NCBI GenBank assembly: GCA_029260315.1
Contig: JAJDDM010000072.1
Location: 1,357 to 65,356 of the forward strand
Origin: Phycisphaerales bacterium
GTDB taxonomy: Bacteria; Planctomycetota; Phycisphaerae; Phycisphaerales; UBA1924
Direction of reading: 5' to 3'
DNA length: 64,000 nucleotides
In this document: positions 34,785 to 44,200 of the stretch, piece by piece
Numbering within the stretch: the first letter of the stretch is position 1
Layout of the letters: every line of letters starts with the position of its first letter
Notes under the pieces: model-generated
Databases searched by the model: none
What the model was told of the DNA's origin: nothing
The model's input: the letters and a program-made list of their open reading frames with translations, nothing else
Position numbers and translations under genes: made by a program

Positions 34785-35876
34785 TCAGGGGAGTTTGTCG
34801 CCGACGTCAAATCGTTCGCGGATCTCCGGCGTCGCCTGAGAGGAGCCCGTGAAGGTGCTCCCGGATGGCCACCACGGTGCCGGATCGGACCAAGCTTCAT
34901 GGTCACGGATGTTGACGACCGAGCCGTCGAATCTCGCGGCGTTGATGGAATGTCCCGGATGACGAAACGTCAGCGAGAGATTTGATTCGTCGCCCTGGTG
35001 TCCTTGACGCGTGTCAAACTCTCTGCCAAAGGATGTGGACTCGTGATAGGAAGGAGCGGAGCTAGAGAACGAGCCATAGTGAGTAGGCACGGGGCTCGGA
35101 TCGAAGTCGAGGATTTTCAGCCTCCCGTCGTAGAATCGTGTTGCGTCAGAAACGATGATCTTGCTCGACGGCTGAATTGCGACAACGTCCATTCTCGGGC
35201 GAAACCGGCGAGGTGCATCGAACTCGGTCGGCCGACCACCGAGAAGTCTCTCCCAACTCACGGGCACGACGTCGCGCGGGATCCCTCGAATGGAGGGCAA
35301 CTTCTTCGAGTACTGTCGGGCGATCTCATCGGTAGCGTAGACATGCATGGAGAGAGGGGTGAGGTAGCTGATCTGGCGAACTCCCTGCTCAAACAGCACC
35401 TCTTCGAACTCGTCGAAGTCCAGAAGGCCACGATTTCCGTTGCCGTCGTGGATGCTGTCATTGTAGATGTTGCTCGCCGGGTCGCCGAGCGTATTGAAGA
35501 TAAACGCGGTACGTCTTGCCCGGTTGTCGGGCATGTTCATCGCATCACCAAGGACCGGGCTGATCCAATCGAAGTAGCTCGTCGGCATGAAACGAGGATC
35601 CAGCTTGCGCTGATTGAAGAGTTCGAGTCGAAAATAGAATGGGTCGTAGAATCCAGTCGTGTTTCGCCCGGCGTACCACTCCTGATTATCCAGAGCGTAC
35701 TGCTGCTGAGCGTTAGCCAACGCGCGAAGCCGCGAGCCCTGGCAAACGACACTGCGCGCGGTATCCCGAGCCCCGCTGAGCGAGGGCAAGAGGATGCCCA
35801 CAAGGAGGGCGATGATGGCGATCACAACCAGCAGCTCGATAAGTGTGAACCCGTGGCCCTGCGTACGCTGCTTCAT
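34785..35876 (-). CDS. type II secretion pseudopilin-like protein with a prepilin N-terminal cleavage/methylation motif (DUF1559-like)
   Basis: [23 protein letters not shown] is at the N-terminus. The C-terminal region contains [17 protein letters not shown]. Confidence 0.85.
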   Translation of the reverse strand: MKQRTQGHGFTLIELLVVIAIIALLVGILLPSLSGARDTARSVVCQGSRLRALANAQQQYALDNQEWYAGRNTTGFYDPFYFRLELFNQRKLDPRFMPTSYFDWISPVLGDAMNMPDNRARRTAFIFNTLGDPASNIYNDSIHDGNGNRGLLDFDEFEEVLFEQGVRQISYLTPLSMHVYATDEIARQYSKKLPSIRGIPRDVVPVSWERLLGGRPTEFDAPRRFRPRMDVVAIQPSSKIIVSDATRFYDGRLKILDFDPSPVPTHYGSFSSSAPSYHESTSFGREFDTRQGHQGDESNLSLTFRHPGHSINAARFDGSVVNIRDHEAWSDPAPWWPSGSTFTGSSQATPEIRERFDVGDKLP

Positions 35877-35887
35877 GGCTTTGCCCT

Positions 35888-36256
35888 CTACTTTGGTCGG
35901 CCATCACGCACCGGCTTGTCTGAAATGGATACGGCATATGTCTCAAGATCAACCGCCGCGGCGGGAAACTCATCGTTGCCAAGGCCCGCTCGGTATCGCT
36001 CGGCGATGACCCATTGCCCATCCATCTCGTAGATCGGCAAAAGTGTGCGTTCACCGGTTTCCGGGTGCTTCGCGGGAATGATCACTCCACGCTTCCCACT
36101 TGTGTCGAAGCGAAAGCGATCTCCGGAGTTGACATCCACCATCAGGATGCTGTCCGCCAGATCCACCCCGCCCCGACACGACAGGAAGAGCCCCCCCGCA
36201 AGGGCGAGCACCGCCAGCACAAACAGGATGATTTGCCAGGGCCTGGCAGAGCCCAT
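35888..36256 (-). CDS. hypothetical membrane-anchored protein, 122 aa
   Basis: One N-terminal TM segment ([19 protein letters not shown]). It lies 11 nt upstream of the pseudopilin gene on the same strand and shares its lower GC. Confidence 0.6.
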   Translation of the reverse strand: MGSARPWQIILFVLAVLALAGGLFLSCRGGVDLADSILMVDVNSGDRFRFDTSGKRGVIIPAKHPETGERTLLPIYEMDGQWVIAERYRAGLGNDEFPAAAVDLETYAVSISDKPVRDGRPK

Positions 36257-36352
36257 GGAGACCTCCTCGAGTGGAAGGGATCTTAGCGTTGCGTTGGGCC
36301 GCGATGCTCGCGACCGCCCGCTGTCGGGCGCCCGCGGCGAATCCGGGCGGAT

Positions 36353-37453
36353 TCAGCGATCCGAGGGGTGCAGATCGACCACCACGGGGTAGTGATCCGC
36401 CGCGTAGCCGGGCGGGGCGGGGTCTTGCCAGGACATATCGGCGGGCCGCTGGATGGTGCCGAGGACGAATCGGCTCGCGTCGATCACCTCCGGTCTGAGC
36501 GCATCATTCACCAGGATCAGGTCGATTCGGCGGCTCGAGGCGTGCGTGATGACCGCCGCCCCGCTCAGGCCCGCGAAGGCGTCGTGGAACCCGAAATCGA
36601 GGTACGTCCGCACGCTGGGCTGATCGACGGTCGCGTTGAAGTCGCCCAGGATGGCGATGTTGGTGGTGTCTGTCAGGTCGTCGGCCGCGTACAGGATCTC
36701 GATCAGGCCGTTGGCCTCGGCCTCGCGCCAGTAGCCGCCGTAGCGGTTGGACTTCTGGTGGATGACGTAGAGCGTGAGGCGGTAGGGCTCGCCGTCCTCC
36801 GACGCGGTGACTTCAACATCGACCCGCAGAGGCGAGCGATGGAACAGGATCGGCTCGCCGGCGTGCCAGTTCTCCTGATCGCCCCAGTTGTCAGGATGCA
36901 CCCCGGCAAGCGGGCGGCGGGGCCAGTTCTCGACGTGGGCGATGGGGAATCTGCTCAGGACCGCCTGCTCGATGCCGCGCTCGTCGCCGGCGTCGATCGA
37001 GACAACGTGGTCGTAGCCCATGCCCGTCAGGTACTCATCCATGTACCAGCGCAGGGCCGACTCTGATTCGATTTCCTGAAGGCAGAGGATGTCGGCGTCG
37101 GCCGCGCGGATGGCGTCGGCCAGCGGCTGGCGACGCTCGATCGGAATCGTCTCGTCGATGTCGTCGTTGCGCCCGCCGAGCGCGGGATCGTCGATGTCGT
37201 CGAAGAGGTTCTCGACGTTGTAGGTGGCAAGGCGGATGGTGCCGGGGGCTTTGGAAAGGGGGGAGCGGACGCCGTGGCGGATGAGGAAGGAGAGGTCGTT
37301 GTCGGTTGGTGTCGGTTTGGAGTCGGTGCTTGTCGGGGTGTCGGTTGCGAGGGATGTTGCTTCCGGCGGGGGTGTGGGCAAATCGGTAGGGGGTGTCTCG
37401 CCGCAGGCGGTGAGGACGAGAATCGCGGCGAGCATGGCGAGGCGTGCGGTCAT
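36353..37453 (-). CDS. endonuclease/exonuclease/phosphatase (EEP) family lipoprotein
   Basis: IRLATYNVENLFDD, ILCLQEIES and DHYPVVVDL are present. The start is set at ATG 37453, giving MTARLAMLAAILVLTACG (a lipobox). The ORF extends to 37543. Confidence 0.8.
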   Translation of the reverse strand: MTARLAMLAAILVLTACGETPPTDLPTPPPEATSLATDTPTSTDSKPTPTDNDLSFLIRHGVRSPLSKAPGTIRLATYNVENLFDDIDDPALGGRNDDIDETIPIERRQPLADAIRAADADILCLQEIESESALRWYMDEYLTGMGYDHVVSIDAGDERGIEQAVLSRFPIAHVENWPRRPLAGVHPDNWGDQENWHAGEPILFHRSPLRVDVEVTASEDGEPYRLTLYVIHQKSNRYGGYWREAEANGLIEILYAADDLTDTTNIAILGDFNATVDQPSVRTYLDFGFHDAFAGLSGAAVITHASSRRIDLILVNDALRPEVIDASRFVLGTIQRPADMSWQDPAPPGYAADHYPVVVDLHPSDR

Positions 37454-37559
37454 GAGCGGAGGGTAGGGACACGGCGATTGGCTGAGAACCATGTTCGCAA
37501 CGCTGCTCCGCAGCGGAGGACAGGCTCTTCTTCGGATCACCACTCTACGATTGGCTGGA

Positions 37560-38699
37560 ATGCGGATTCTGCTTGCTAATCCCCGGGGCTTCTGTGCGGG
37601 CGTGCAGATGGCGATCGACGTCGTCTCGCAGGTCGTCGACTTGTTCGAGGGCGAGACGATCTACGTCTACCACGAGATCGTGCATAATCGCCATGTGGTC
37701 AGACGATTTCGGGATTCGGGGGTCGTCTTCGTCGAGGACATTGGGGAGATTCCCGAGGGCTCGGTCGTCGTCTTCAGCGCCCACGGCGTGAGCCCGGCGG
37801 TGCGTGCCAAAGCCTCGGCGAGGGAGCTGCGGGCGATCGACGCGACCTGCCCTTTGGTCACGAAGGTCCACGCCGAGGCGATTCGCTACGCCAAGCGAGG
37901 CGATCAGATTCTGCTCGTCGGGCACGCCGAGCATCAGGAAGTGGTCGGCACCCGCGGCGAGGCGCCGGACGCGATCCAGATCGTCGAGTCGCCCGAGGGC
38001 ATCCCCAATCTCACGATCCGCGACCCCGAGAAGCTCGTGTATCTCACCCAGACGACCCTCAGCACCGACGACGCGGCGGTCATCATCGACGCGTTGCGCG
38101 AAGCATTCCCGAATATTAAGAGTCCTCCGAGCGAGGATATCTGCTATGCGACGACGAACCGCCAGCACGCGGTGCGGCGGCTCGCGCCCGAGGCAGACCT
38201 GACGCTGGTGGTAGGGTCGAAGAACTCGTCGAACTCGGTGCGGCTGACGGAGATCAGTGAGAATGTCGGGACGCCCGCGCGACTCATCGACGACGCCTCA
38301 GACTTGGATTGGAACTGGTTTGAGGATGTGTCCCGTGCCACCGACCGTGGCTCTGCACGGTTAGTGTCGGATGTCAAGAAACATGCAGATAAAGCACCAA
38401 CCGCTCAAAGCAGCGGTCGGTGGCACGGGATGACGGTGCTCGTGACCGCCGGCGCCAGCGCGCCCGAAGACCTGGTCGCGGGCGTCTGTCGGGCGCTGCT
38501 GGAACGCCTCGGCGGCACCATCGAGCAACGAGAGGTCTTCAGCGAGGACGTCGAGTTCAATCTGCCCGCGGCGTTGCGCAAGGAGATGGGCCGGCGGGGG
38601 TTGACGCCCGAGCCGGCCCGGATCGGCACGCCGAGGATCACGCGCGAGCTGTACGGCGGCGTGCCGCTGACGGTGAGCTGTCGAGCGGGACCGGAATAG
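37560..38699 (+). CDS. ispH: 4-hydroxy-3-methylbut-2-enyl diphosphate reductase
   Basis: MRILLANPRGFCAGV, SAHGVSP, DATCPLVTKVH, LLVGHAEHQEV, VGSKNSSNS and VTAGASAPE are present. It contains a 34-codon insertion (see the mobile element at 38329-38432). Confidence 0.92.
   Translation: MRILLANPRGFCAGVQMAIDVVSQVVDLFEGETIYVYHEIVHNRHVVRRFRDSGVVFVEDIGEIPEGSVVVFSAHGVSPAVRAKASARELRAIDATCPLVTKVHAEAIRYAKRGDQILLVGHAEHQEVVGTRGEAPDAIQIVESPEGIPNLTIRDPEKLVYLTQTTLSTDDAAVIIDALREAFPNIKSPPSEDICYATTNRQHAVRRLAPEADLTLVVGSKNSSNSVRLTEISENVGTPARLIDDASDLDWNWFEDVSRATDRGSARLVSDVKKHADKAPTAQSSGRWHGMTVLVTAGASAPEDLVAGVCRALLERLGGTIEQREVFSEDVEFNLPAALRKEMGRRGLTPEPARIGTPRITRELYGGVPLTVSCRAGPE
38329..38432. mobile_element. MITE-like element (family E) inserted in-frame in ispH: 100 bp with perfect 17-bp terminal inverted repeats, flanked by a TG/TG direct duplication
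   Basis: TCCCGTGCCACCGACCG at 38331-38347 is the exact reverse complement of 38414-38430. TG lies at 38329-38330 and at 38431-38432. The centre is AT-richer. Confidence 0.85.
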
Positions 38700-38817
38700 A
38701 ACCGAACGGGCTCGTTGTTCGTTCTGGGCCACACGTCGACGATGCGAGTCTTGAACTGAGCGACGGGTGTGCGCGGTTCAACCTCATTGGGACAAGCTCC
38801 CAGGAGAGGAGCTTGTC

Positions 38818-39603
38818 ATGATGCCTATGCGGCGAAACTGGCGGGGCCCGCGAGCCGGAGCGTTGGCGTTCACGACGATCGTTGGACTCTGTCTGGCCGT
38901 GGGCGGCTGTTCGTCCCCGTCGAGGTCGGGCGGGGGGCCCGCGCAGTCGGTCAATGAGATGCACCTGCTCGGCTCGGGGGTCCACCGGGTCGACAGCGCC
39001 CCCGACGACTGTCCCGTGTGCGCTGTGTACGAGCGCAACCACGGGAGCGTCGTGCGGGTGCGTGTGCCCGGCGGCGTCGGGGCGGGTGTCGTGGTCTCCG
39101 CTTCGGGGGACATCATCACCAACGCGCATGTGGTCGGTGAGAATAAGCTCATCGTCATCGAGACCTATCACGGGACGATTGTCCGCGGGCATGTCGAGCG
39201 GGTCTGGAAAGAGGCCGATCTCGCGATCGTGACCTCCGACTCAGGCGACGTGCATTGGTTGCCCATGGCGTTTGGGCCCGCGGCGTTCCCGCGGGTGGGG
39301 ACCACGACCTACGCCATCGGGCATCCCGTGGGGCTGGGGTGGACCGTGACCCAGGGGATTATTTCGGGCCGGCGAAGAGCCGGCGAGGTCGGCCCTCTCG
39401 GGATGATCCAGACAGACGCCGCGGTCTCGCCCGGGAACTCAGGCGGACCGCTCCTTGACGAGCAGAGCCGTTGGGTCGGCGTCGTCTCGTCGAAGCTCGT
39501 TGGGCCGGGCCTGGAGAACGTCTCGTTCGCCGTGCCGATCGTGGAGGTTCGCCGGTTCTACGAGGAATCGACGGCGAGCCCGGTTACTGGCGGGGTCAAC
39601 TAG
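38818..39603 (+). CDS. trypsin-like serine peptidase, lipoprotein
   Basis: ATG 38818 follows GGAGAGGA. Lipobox LAVGGCSS. ITNAHVV (His), DLAIV (Asp) and SPGNSGGPLL (Ser) are present. Confidence 0.85.
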   Translation: MMPMRRNWRGPRAGALAFTTIVGLCLAVGGCSSPSRSGGGPAQSVNEMHLLGSGVHRVDSAPDDCPVCAVYERNHGSVVRVRVPGGVGAGVVVSASGDIITNAHVVGENKLIVIETYHGTIVRGHVERVWKEADLAIVTSDSGDVHWLPMAFGPAAFPRVGTTTYAIGHPVGLGWTVTQGIISGRRRAGEVGPLGMIQTDAAVSPGNSGGPLLDEQSRWVGVVSSKLVGPGLENVSFAVPIVEVRRFYEESTASPVTGGVN

Positions 39604-39698
39604 CCGCGCGCAAGCAACTGCCGGCGGCTGGTGCGGGGCGCCATGATCGACCCTCGCTCGCACTACGATGGTCCGCCAACCCGTCGCAGTGCCATCGA

Positions 39699-41045
39699 AT
39701 GAACCACCCCGCCAGCCACATCTTCGCTTTCACGCCGGATTCGCTCGTTGAATGGTGCGGGGATCGCGGCATGGCGGCGTACCGCGCCCGCCAAATCCTC
39801 GGGTGGGTCTATCAGCGCGGCGTGATCGATCCGGACGCGATGTCCAACCTCGCCAAGCGGGACCGTGAAGTGCTCGCCAACGAGATGACGTTCATTTCCG
39901 GCGACATCCTGAGCCATCAGGCGGCGACCGACGGGACGCGCAAGATGCTCGTGGAATGGAGAGACGAGTCAGACCCACGGAGCCGCGAGCGCAAGCTCGC
40001 GATGGGTCATCCAATCGCCGGCTCGCTTCCGATTCTGCAAGGCTCCTCCGACGGAGGCGATCCAACGCGCCAGACCGAGTGCGTGATGATCCCCGCCGAG
40101 CCGCACGGGCGGGACGCCCGTGCCACCGGGGCGAAAGAAACTCGCGCGGACGAATCGCGCATCCGTCGCACCGCCTGCATCTCCAGCCAGGTCGGCTGCC
40201 CCGTCGGCTGCAAGTTCTGTGCATCCGGCCTCGGCGGGCTCGATGGGAACCTCTCCGCAGGTCGCATCGTCGAGCAGGTCTGGCTGCTGGACCAACTCGT
40301 GAAGGGAAATCTGGTTGAGGGTAGATCGACTCTCCGAGCCGATGCGAGGATTGAGGGTAGATCGGCTCTCCGAGCCGATGCGATGGATGAGCCAGATCAG
40401 AGAGATTCGACAGCAACCCAAGACCAATCGGCTCGGAGAGCCGATCTACCCAGGATCACCAACATCGTCTTCATGGGCATGGGCGAGCCCCTGGCCAACT
40501 TCCAGAGCGTCGTCCACGCGGTCCGCACGATCGCGGCGGATTGGGGCATGGGCATCGGTGCCCGCCGCATCACCATCTCGACGGTGGGTTTGCCCAAGGC
40601 GATCGAAAAACTCGCCGAGCAACTCGAGCTGCCGGTGACGCTGGCGCTGAGCCTTCACGCGCCCAACGACGAGCTTCGTCGGGAGCTGATTCCGTGGGCG
40701 GAGTACACGACGATCGATGAGCTGTTGCGGGCCTGCCGGGCGTGGTTCGACAAGGCCGGGCGGGAGATCACGCTGGAGTACATTCTTCTTGGCGGCGTGA
40801 ACGACCAGGCCGAGCACGCGGGGCAGTTGGCGGGCGTCGCGAAAAGCCTGCGGGCGAACGTCAACCTGATCCGGTACAACGAGGTGAGTGGGTTGCCGTA
40901 TGCGCGGCCGACCCACGCGGATGTGCGCCGGTTCCAGGAGATCCTGCGCGAGCGGGGGGTGAACGCGCACATCCGGACGAGCCGGGGACGGGATATCGCC
41001 GCGGCGTGCGGGCAGTTGCGGCATGAGACCGCAGGGGCGAGATAG
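39699..41045 (+). CDS. rlmN: 23S rRNA (adenine2503-C2)-methyltransferase, radical SAM, 448 aa (about 100 aa longer than usual)
   Basis: Internal ATG 39699 of ORF 39471..41045. YRARQILGWVY, SSQVGCPVGCKFCASG (CxxxCxxC), NIVFMGMGEPL, ISTVG, LALSLHAP, EYILLGGVND, NLIRYN and CGQL are present. Confidence 0.92.
   Translation: MNHPASHIFAFTPDSLVEWCGDRGMAAYRARQILGWVYQRGVIDPDAMSNLAKRDREVLANEMTFISGDILSHQAATDGTRKMLVEWRDESDPRSRERKLAMGHPIAGSLPILQGSSDGGDPTRQTECVMIPAEPHGRDARATGAKETRADESRIRRTACISSQVGCPVGCKFCASGLGGLDGNLSAGRIVEQVWLLDQLVKGNLVEGRSTLRADARIEGRSALRADAMDEPDQRDSTATQDQSARRADLPRITNIVFMGMGEPLANFQSVVHAVRTIAADWGMGIGARRITISTVGLPKAIEKLAEQLELPVTLALSLHAPNDELRRELIPWAEYTTIDELLRACRAWFDKAGREITLEYILLGGVNDQAEHAGQLAGVAKSLRANVNLIRYNEVSGLPYARPTHADVRRFQEILRERGVNAHIRTSRGRDIAAACGQLRHETAGAR
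39969..40073. repeat. In-frame insertion 1 in rlmN, containing a REP family A copy
   Basis: ACGGAGCCGCGAGCGCAAGCTCGCGATGGGT, with the palindrome at 39984-40001, matches the RayT-flanking repeats. It encodes SDPRSRERKLAMGHPIAGSLPILQGSSDGGDPTRQ. Confidence 0.8.
40101..40163. repeat. In-frame insertion 2 in rlmN, containing a family B hairpin
   Basis: CACGGGCG-gga-CGCCCGTG at 40104-40122 is followed by CCACC, as in 54338-54361. It encodes PHGRDARATGAKETRADESRI. Confidence 0.75.
40319..40451. mobile_element. In-frame insertion 3 in rlmN: REP/REPIN-like family D (two direct and one inverted unit)
   Basis: GGGTAGATCG(A/G)CTCTCCGAGCCGAT lies at 40319-40343 and 40355-40379. The reverse complement lies at 40427-40451. 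Confidence 0.88.
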
Positions 41046-41057
41046 CGGGCAAGGGCC

Positions 41058-41222
41058 AAAACGGAGCCGCGTGCGCAAGCACGCGAGAGATCGCCCGGGG
41101 TCCATGGGGCGTCGGTTCTTGCGAGCGATTGCAAGTCTGAACGACTTGAGACCCTTGACGCTCCCTCGCGAGCTGGCGCTCGCGGCTCCGTTTGTGCGGA
41201 ACGCGCTCGCGGCTCCGGAGGC
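41058..41222. repeat. Cluster of REP family A copies between rlmN and hrpA
   Basis: 41058-41088 (stem CGCGTGC/GCACGCG), 41165-41194 (CGCGAGC-tggc-GCTCGCG followed by GCTCCGTTTG) and a half copy at 41203-41222. Confidence 0.8.
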
Positions 41223-41237
41223 GCGTAGAAATCTCCC

Positions 41238-44200
41238 GTGCATCGTGGGCTTGACCAACTCGCCTCGGCCATCGACCGCTGCATGACTGCCGACCAGATT
41301 CGGCTGCGTGGCCGGCTGCGGTCCCTGCGCGCCCGGGCCCGCCAGAAGCTGCCCATCGACAAGGGCCTCGCCGAGATCGGCGAGGTCATGGACGCCTCGA
41401 TCGCCCGCCGGGAGCGCCGCGAGCGGATGCTCCCGACCGTTCGCTATCCGCAGGACCTGCCGATCAGCGAGCGGCGCGAGGAGATCGCCGAAGCGATCCG
41501 TGACCACCAGGTCGTCGTGGTCGCCGGCGAGACCGGCTCGGGCAAATCGACCCAGCTTCCCAAAATCTGCATGGAACTCGGGCGCGGCGTCGCAGGGCTC
41601 ATCGCTCACACCCAGCCCCGCCGGATCGCCGCACGAAGCATCGCGGCGAGGCTGGGCGAGGAGCTGCGCCTGGGCATCGGGCGCGGCGTGGGCTACAAGG
41701 TCCGCTTCAGCGACAAGACCAGCGACCACGATTTCATCCGCGTGCTGACCGACGGCATGCTGCTCGCCGAGACCCAGGGCGATCGCGACCTGACGCGCTA
41801 CGACACGATCATCATCGACGAGGCCCACGAGCGGAGCCTCAACATCGACTTCCTGCTCGGCTACCTCAAGCACCTGCTCGAACGGCGTCCCGAGCTCAAG
41901 GTCATCGTCACCAGCGCGACCATCGACACCAAGCGGTTCAGCGAGCATTTCTCGAACGCCCCGATCATCGAGGTCTCGGGCCGGATGTATCCGGTGGAAA
42001 CCCGCTATCGCCCGCCGAGCGAGGACTTCGACGAGCGCGAGCGGATGACCAAGGCGATCCTGCACGCGGTCGACGAGTTCGCGGAGCTCGGCGAGGGCGA
42101 CGTGCTGGTGTTCCTGCCGGGCGAGCGGGAGATCCGCGAGGCGGCGAACGCGCTCTCCAGGCACCATCCGCCCAACACCGAGATCCTGCCGCTGTACGCG
42201 CGCCTGAGCGTCGAGGAGCAGCAGCGGGTCTTCGCGCCGCATCGGGGGCGACGGATCGTGATCGCGACCAACGTCGCCGAGACGAGCCTGACGGTGCCGG
42301 GGATCCGGTTCGTTGTTGATTCGGGGACGGCGCGGATCAGCCGCTACAGCCATCGGACGAAAGTCCAGCGTCTGGAGATCGAGCCGATCAGCCGGGCGAG
42401 CGCGAACCAGCGCAGCGGGCGGTGCGGGCGCATCGCCCCCGGCACCTGCATCCGCCTGTATGACAAAGACGAGTTCGAGAGTCGCCAGGAGTACACTCAG
42501 CCGGAAATCCTGCGATCAAACCTCGCGGGCGTGATCCTGCAGATGAAGTCGCTCAAGCTCGGCAGAGTCGAGAAGTTCCCGTTCGTGGAGCCTCCGGACC
42601 CGAAGATGATCCGCGAGGGCTATCGCACGCTGCACGAGCTGGGGGCGGTGGATATCGAGGGCGAGCTGACCGAGATCGGCAGGCAGCTCTCGCGTCTGCC
42701 GATCGACCCGCGCATCGGGCGGATGATCCTTGGCTCGGGCGATGAGGACTGCGTGATGGAGGTGCTGGTCATCGCCAGTGCGCTCTCGATCCAGGACCCG
42801 CGCGATCGCCCGGCGGACAAGCGAGACCAGGCCGATGCTGCCCACGAACCATTCGTCGACGACGACTCGGACTTTCTCACCTACATGCATCTGTGGGAGG
42901 TCTTCCACGAGCGCAAGAAGCACCTGTCGCACCGCAAGCTCGCGGGCTGGGCCCGGACGCACTTTCTCTCGCACGCGCGCCTGCGCGAGTGGGAGGACGT
43001 CCATCGCCAGTTGCGGGAGATCGCCGGGGAGCTGGGCTTGCACGCCGAGCGCAACGCGGCCGAGCCCGAGGCGATCCACCGCGCGTTGCTGGCGGGGCTC
43101 ATCTCCAACGTCGGCAGAGTCGACGAGGGATACGAGTACCAGGGCACGCACGGGTCGCGGTTCCACCTGTTCCCGGGTTCGACGCTCTTTGAGGAAAAGC
43201 CCCAGTGGGTCATGGCCGCGGAGCTGGTGCGGACGACGAGGCTGTACGCGCGAACGTGCGCGAAGATCCGTCCCAAGTGGATCGAGCGGTATGCGGGCGA
43301 TCTGGTGACCAAGACCCACGGCCCACCGCGATGGGACAGCCGGCGGGCGCGGGTCGTCGCCGACGAGCGCGTGAGCCTCTACGGGCTGGAGGTCGTGCCC
43401 AAACGCGAGGTCCACTTCGGGCCGATCAACCCGGAGATCGCCCGCGAGGTCTTCATTCACAACGCGCTGGTCGAGAGCGATCTGCGGACGCGGGCCCCGT
43501 TCATGCGCCACAACAAGCGACTGATCGAGCAGATCTCGCGTCTGGAGGATCGCCTGCGCCGGCGGGACCTGCTCGCCGAGCGCACGCAGCGGTTCAAGTT
43601 CTTTGATCGGATCATCCCCGAGGACGTCTTCACGGGTGGCGAGTTCGAGCGCTGGCGGCGGATCGCCGAGAAGAAGGATCCCGAGCTGCTGTTTCTCAGC
43701 GAGGACGACGTGCTCGCGGCGACGCCCAGCGGTGACGAGCTCCGCCGGTTCCCCGAAAAAATAAGCATCAACGGATCGACGCTGCCCGTGCGGTACCGCT
43801 TCGAGCCCAACGCGGGCGACGACGGCGTGACGGTGACCGTGCCCGCCGACGCGTTCACGTCGCTGGAGCCGAAAATCTCCGACTGGTCGATCCCAGGCCT
43901 CGTCCGGGAGAAAGTGATCGACCTGATCCGCACACTGCCCAAGGAGTACCGCAAGCAGATCGGCCCGGCGCCTGAGTTCGTCGACGCGTTCCTCGCCGGC
44001 GAACCTCGCCGGGATCTGCCCATCATCGAATCGCTGACCTCGTTCATCCTCAAGCAGACCGGCACGCGTGTGCCGGAGGGCGTGTGGATGCCGGTGGGGG
44101 TCGCCGAGCATCTGCGGATCAACTATCGCGTGGTCGATGACGCGGGGAGCGTGCTGGCGATCAGCCGCGACCCCGGCGAGATCCGGCGGGCCATCCGCAA

